From the NCBI RefSeq assembly GCF_963921235.1, contig NC_086097.1:228782001-228846000 (forward strand): DNA of 64,000 nucleotides, given 5' to 3'. The position numbers were made by a program, and so were the translations under genes. Each line of letters starts with the position of its first letter. Position 1 is the stretch's first letter. Origin of the DNA: Mobula hypostoma (taxonomy: Eukaryota). Shown here piece by piece: positions 61,510-64,000 of this stretch. The notes beneath the pieces were generated by a model. The model was not told the DNA's origin, ran no database searches, and saw only the letters and a list, made by a program, of their open reading frames with translations.

Positions 61510-64000
61510 GTGCTCACAGGGCACCCCACTGCGCCGGACCAAGACAGCGACTCAACTCTGGCCACCATGACCCTCGACCAAAGCGCTCCCCTCCAGCTGG
61601 CAAGGTCAATGATAGACATCCTGATGGAGGGGTGCAGGACAAGCTGCCTGTTTGACACAGGCAGCACGGAGAGTTTTATCCACCCGGACACGGTGCAGCA
61701 TTGTGGACTCATGATACGGCTGGTAAGTCAGAGGATCACCATGGCTTCCCGGTCGCATACAACAGACATCTGGGGGGGTTGTGCAGCGACACTAGTGGTG
61801 CAGGGCACAGAATATCAAGACTTTACATTACTGGTCATGCCTCAACTGTGTGCCCCTGTGCTATTGGGGCTCAACTTCCAGAGCCACCTGAAAAGCATGA
61901 CAATGAAGTATGATGGGCCCCTCCCACCAATTACTGTCGTAAATCCCCAGTTTTGTAGGGATATGTCACAAACCCCGCTACTGCCCACACACACACACCG
62001 ACCCGCACACACCACCCAACATCACGCCAACTGCCGCACTACCGACACCACTTGCGGCCTCTCCACCCTCAGGATCCCTTCCCCATCGCTGTTTGCCAAC
62101 CTGACCCCCGACTGTAAACCTGTGGCAACTAAAAACAGGAGGTACAGCGCGGGGGACAGAGCTTTCATTAAATCAGAGGTGCAGCGGCCGCTCAGGGAGG
62201 GGGGTCATTGAGACAAGCACAAGTCCTTGGAGGGCGCAGGTTGTCGTTGTTCGGAACGGGGAGAAGAATAGGATGGTCGTGAACTATAGCCAGACCATCA
62301 ATAGGTTCACACAGCTCGACGCGTACCCTCTACCCCACATCGTGGATATGGTCAATCAGATTGCACAGTACAAGGTGTACTCGACCATAGACCTAAAATC
62401 CGCTTACCATCAGCTCCCCATCCACCCGGAGGACCGCCCTTACACTGCCTTCGAGGCGGACGGCAGGCTTTATCAATTCCTGCGCGTCCCCTTCGGTGTC
62501 ACGAATGGTGTATCTGTCTTCCAGAGGGCAATGGACCAGATGGTGGACCAGTGCCAACTGAAGGCCACGTTTCCATATCTGGATAACATCACCATCTGCG
62601 GTCACAACCGGCAGGATCACGACAACAACCTCCAAAAATTTCTCCAAGCGGCCAAAGCTTTCAGTCTCACCTATAACAAGGACAAGTGTGTATTCGGGAC
62701 CACCCGACTTGCTATCCTTGGGTGTGTTGTGGAGAATGGAGTCATTGACCCTGACCCCGACCGTATGCGCCCCCTGTTGGAACTCCCTCTTCCCAACACC
62801 CTCAGAGCCCTCAAAAGGTGCCTGGGCTTCTTTTCATATTACGCCCAATGGGTCTCTAACTGTGCAGACAAGGTCCGCCCCCTGGTCAAGTCCACCACAT
62901 TCCCCCTCCCTGCCGAGGCCCGCGCGGCCTTCAGCTGCATAAAAGGGGACATTGCCAAAGCAGCAATGCATGCGGTGGATGAGTCCATTTCCTTCCAAGT
63001 AGAGAGTGACGCCTCCGACTTTGCGCTGGCTGCTACCCTCAACCAGGCAGGAAGACCAGTGGCGTTCTTCTCCCGTACCCTTCAAGGCCCTGAAATTTGG
63101 CACTCCGCGGTGGAGAAAGAGGTCCAGGCCATAGTGGAAGCTATTAGGCACTGGAGGCACTATCTTGCTGGCAAAAGGTTCACCCTGCTAACTGACCAGC
63201 GCTCAGTTGCATTCATGTTTAATAATCAGCAGTGGAGCAAAATCAAAAATGATAAAATTCTGAGGTGGAGAATCGAACTTTCCACCTACAACTATGACAT
63301 CGTGTACAGGCCTGGGAAGCTCAACGAGCCCTCCGATGCCCTATCCCGGAGAACATGCGCCAGCGTGCAGATCGACCGGCTATACACCCTACATGTAGAT
63401 CTTTGCCACCCGGGGGTCACCTGGCTTTTCCACTTTGTGAAAGCCCGGAACCTGCCTTACTCCCTTGAGGAGATCAGGACGATGACCAGGGACTGCCAAG
63501 TCTGCGCAGAGTGCAAACCGCACTTCTACCAACCCGAAAAGGCACAACTCATCAAGGCCACCCACCCCTTTGAGCTACTGGGTGTCGACTTTAAGGGCCC
63601 CCTTCCCTCCACCGACCGCAATGTGTACTTTTTTGACGTTATCGACGAGTACTCGCGGTTCCCCTTCCCCATCCCCTGCCCCGACACCACTACCACGTCA
63701 GTTATAAAAGCCCTGCGCAAGCTCTTCACTCTGTTCAGATACCCATGCTATATCCACAGTGACAGAGGGTCCTCGTTTATGAGTGACGAGCTGCGCCAAT
63801 TCCTGCTGGCTAGGGGAATTGCAACCAGTAGGACCACAAGCTATAATCCCCGGGGGAATGGACAGGTGGAGAAGGAGAATGGCACGGTGTGGAAAGCCAC
63901 ACTCTTAGCCCTCAGGTCAAAGGGACTGCCAGTCTCTCGCTGGCAGGAGGTCCTTCCCTAGGCACTCCACTCCATCCGCTCCCTGTTATGCACGGCCACC
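61510..64000 (+). pseudogene. pol: Gypsy pol (protease, RT, RNase H, integrase), truncated by the window end
   Basis: LFDTGS protease; IDLKSAYHQL, VPFGVTNG and YLDN RT motifs; ESDASD RNase H; H-X4-H...CQVC, VDFKGP, SDRG and GQVE integrase motifs; +1 frameshift near 62200; TAG at 63959. Confidence 0.92.

Overview
This is repeat-dominated vertebrate genomic DNA. HE1/V-SINE-like SINEs and the mix of CR1, Rex1 and Penelope families suggest a cartilaginous fish, probably a ray (inference). I recognise no host gene. Most ORFs in the track are pieces of transposable elements: many CR1 LINEs (RT, APE endonuclease, ORF1 esterase), Rex1/Babar LINEs, one RTE LINE, two Penelope-like families, Tc1 and hAT DNA transposons/MITEs, SINEs, and three LTR elements. 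The latter are a decayed Gypsy provirus running off the right end, an internally deleted Tf1/sushi-type element, and a solo LTR. The most interesting signals are in RNA structure. (1) About a dozen minimal type-I hammerhead ribozyme motifs lie in Penelope pseudo-LTRs, several in short palindromic TSD-flanked non-coding units. (2) The deleted LTR element at 43364-46786 has a self-priming PBS. (3) The Gypsy element has no tRNA PBS; instead a perfect 15-bp complement of its own LTR poly(A)-signal region occupies that position. There is also a multi-layer nested insertion with TSDs, a perfect 83-bp inverted repeat, and a speculative phase-consistent chain of minus-strand exons in non-repeat islands. 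Boundaries of old repeats are approximate, and family names come from motif recognition, not database searches.
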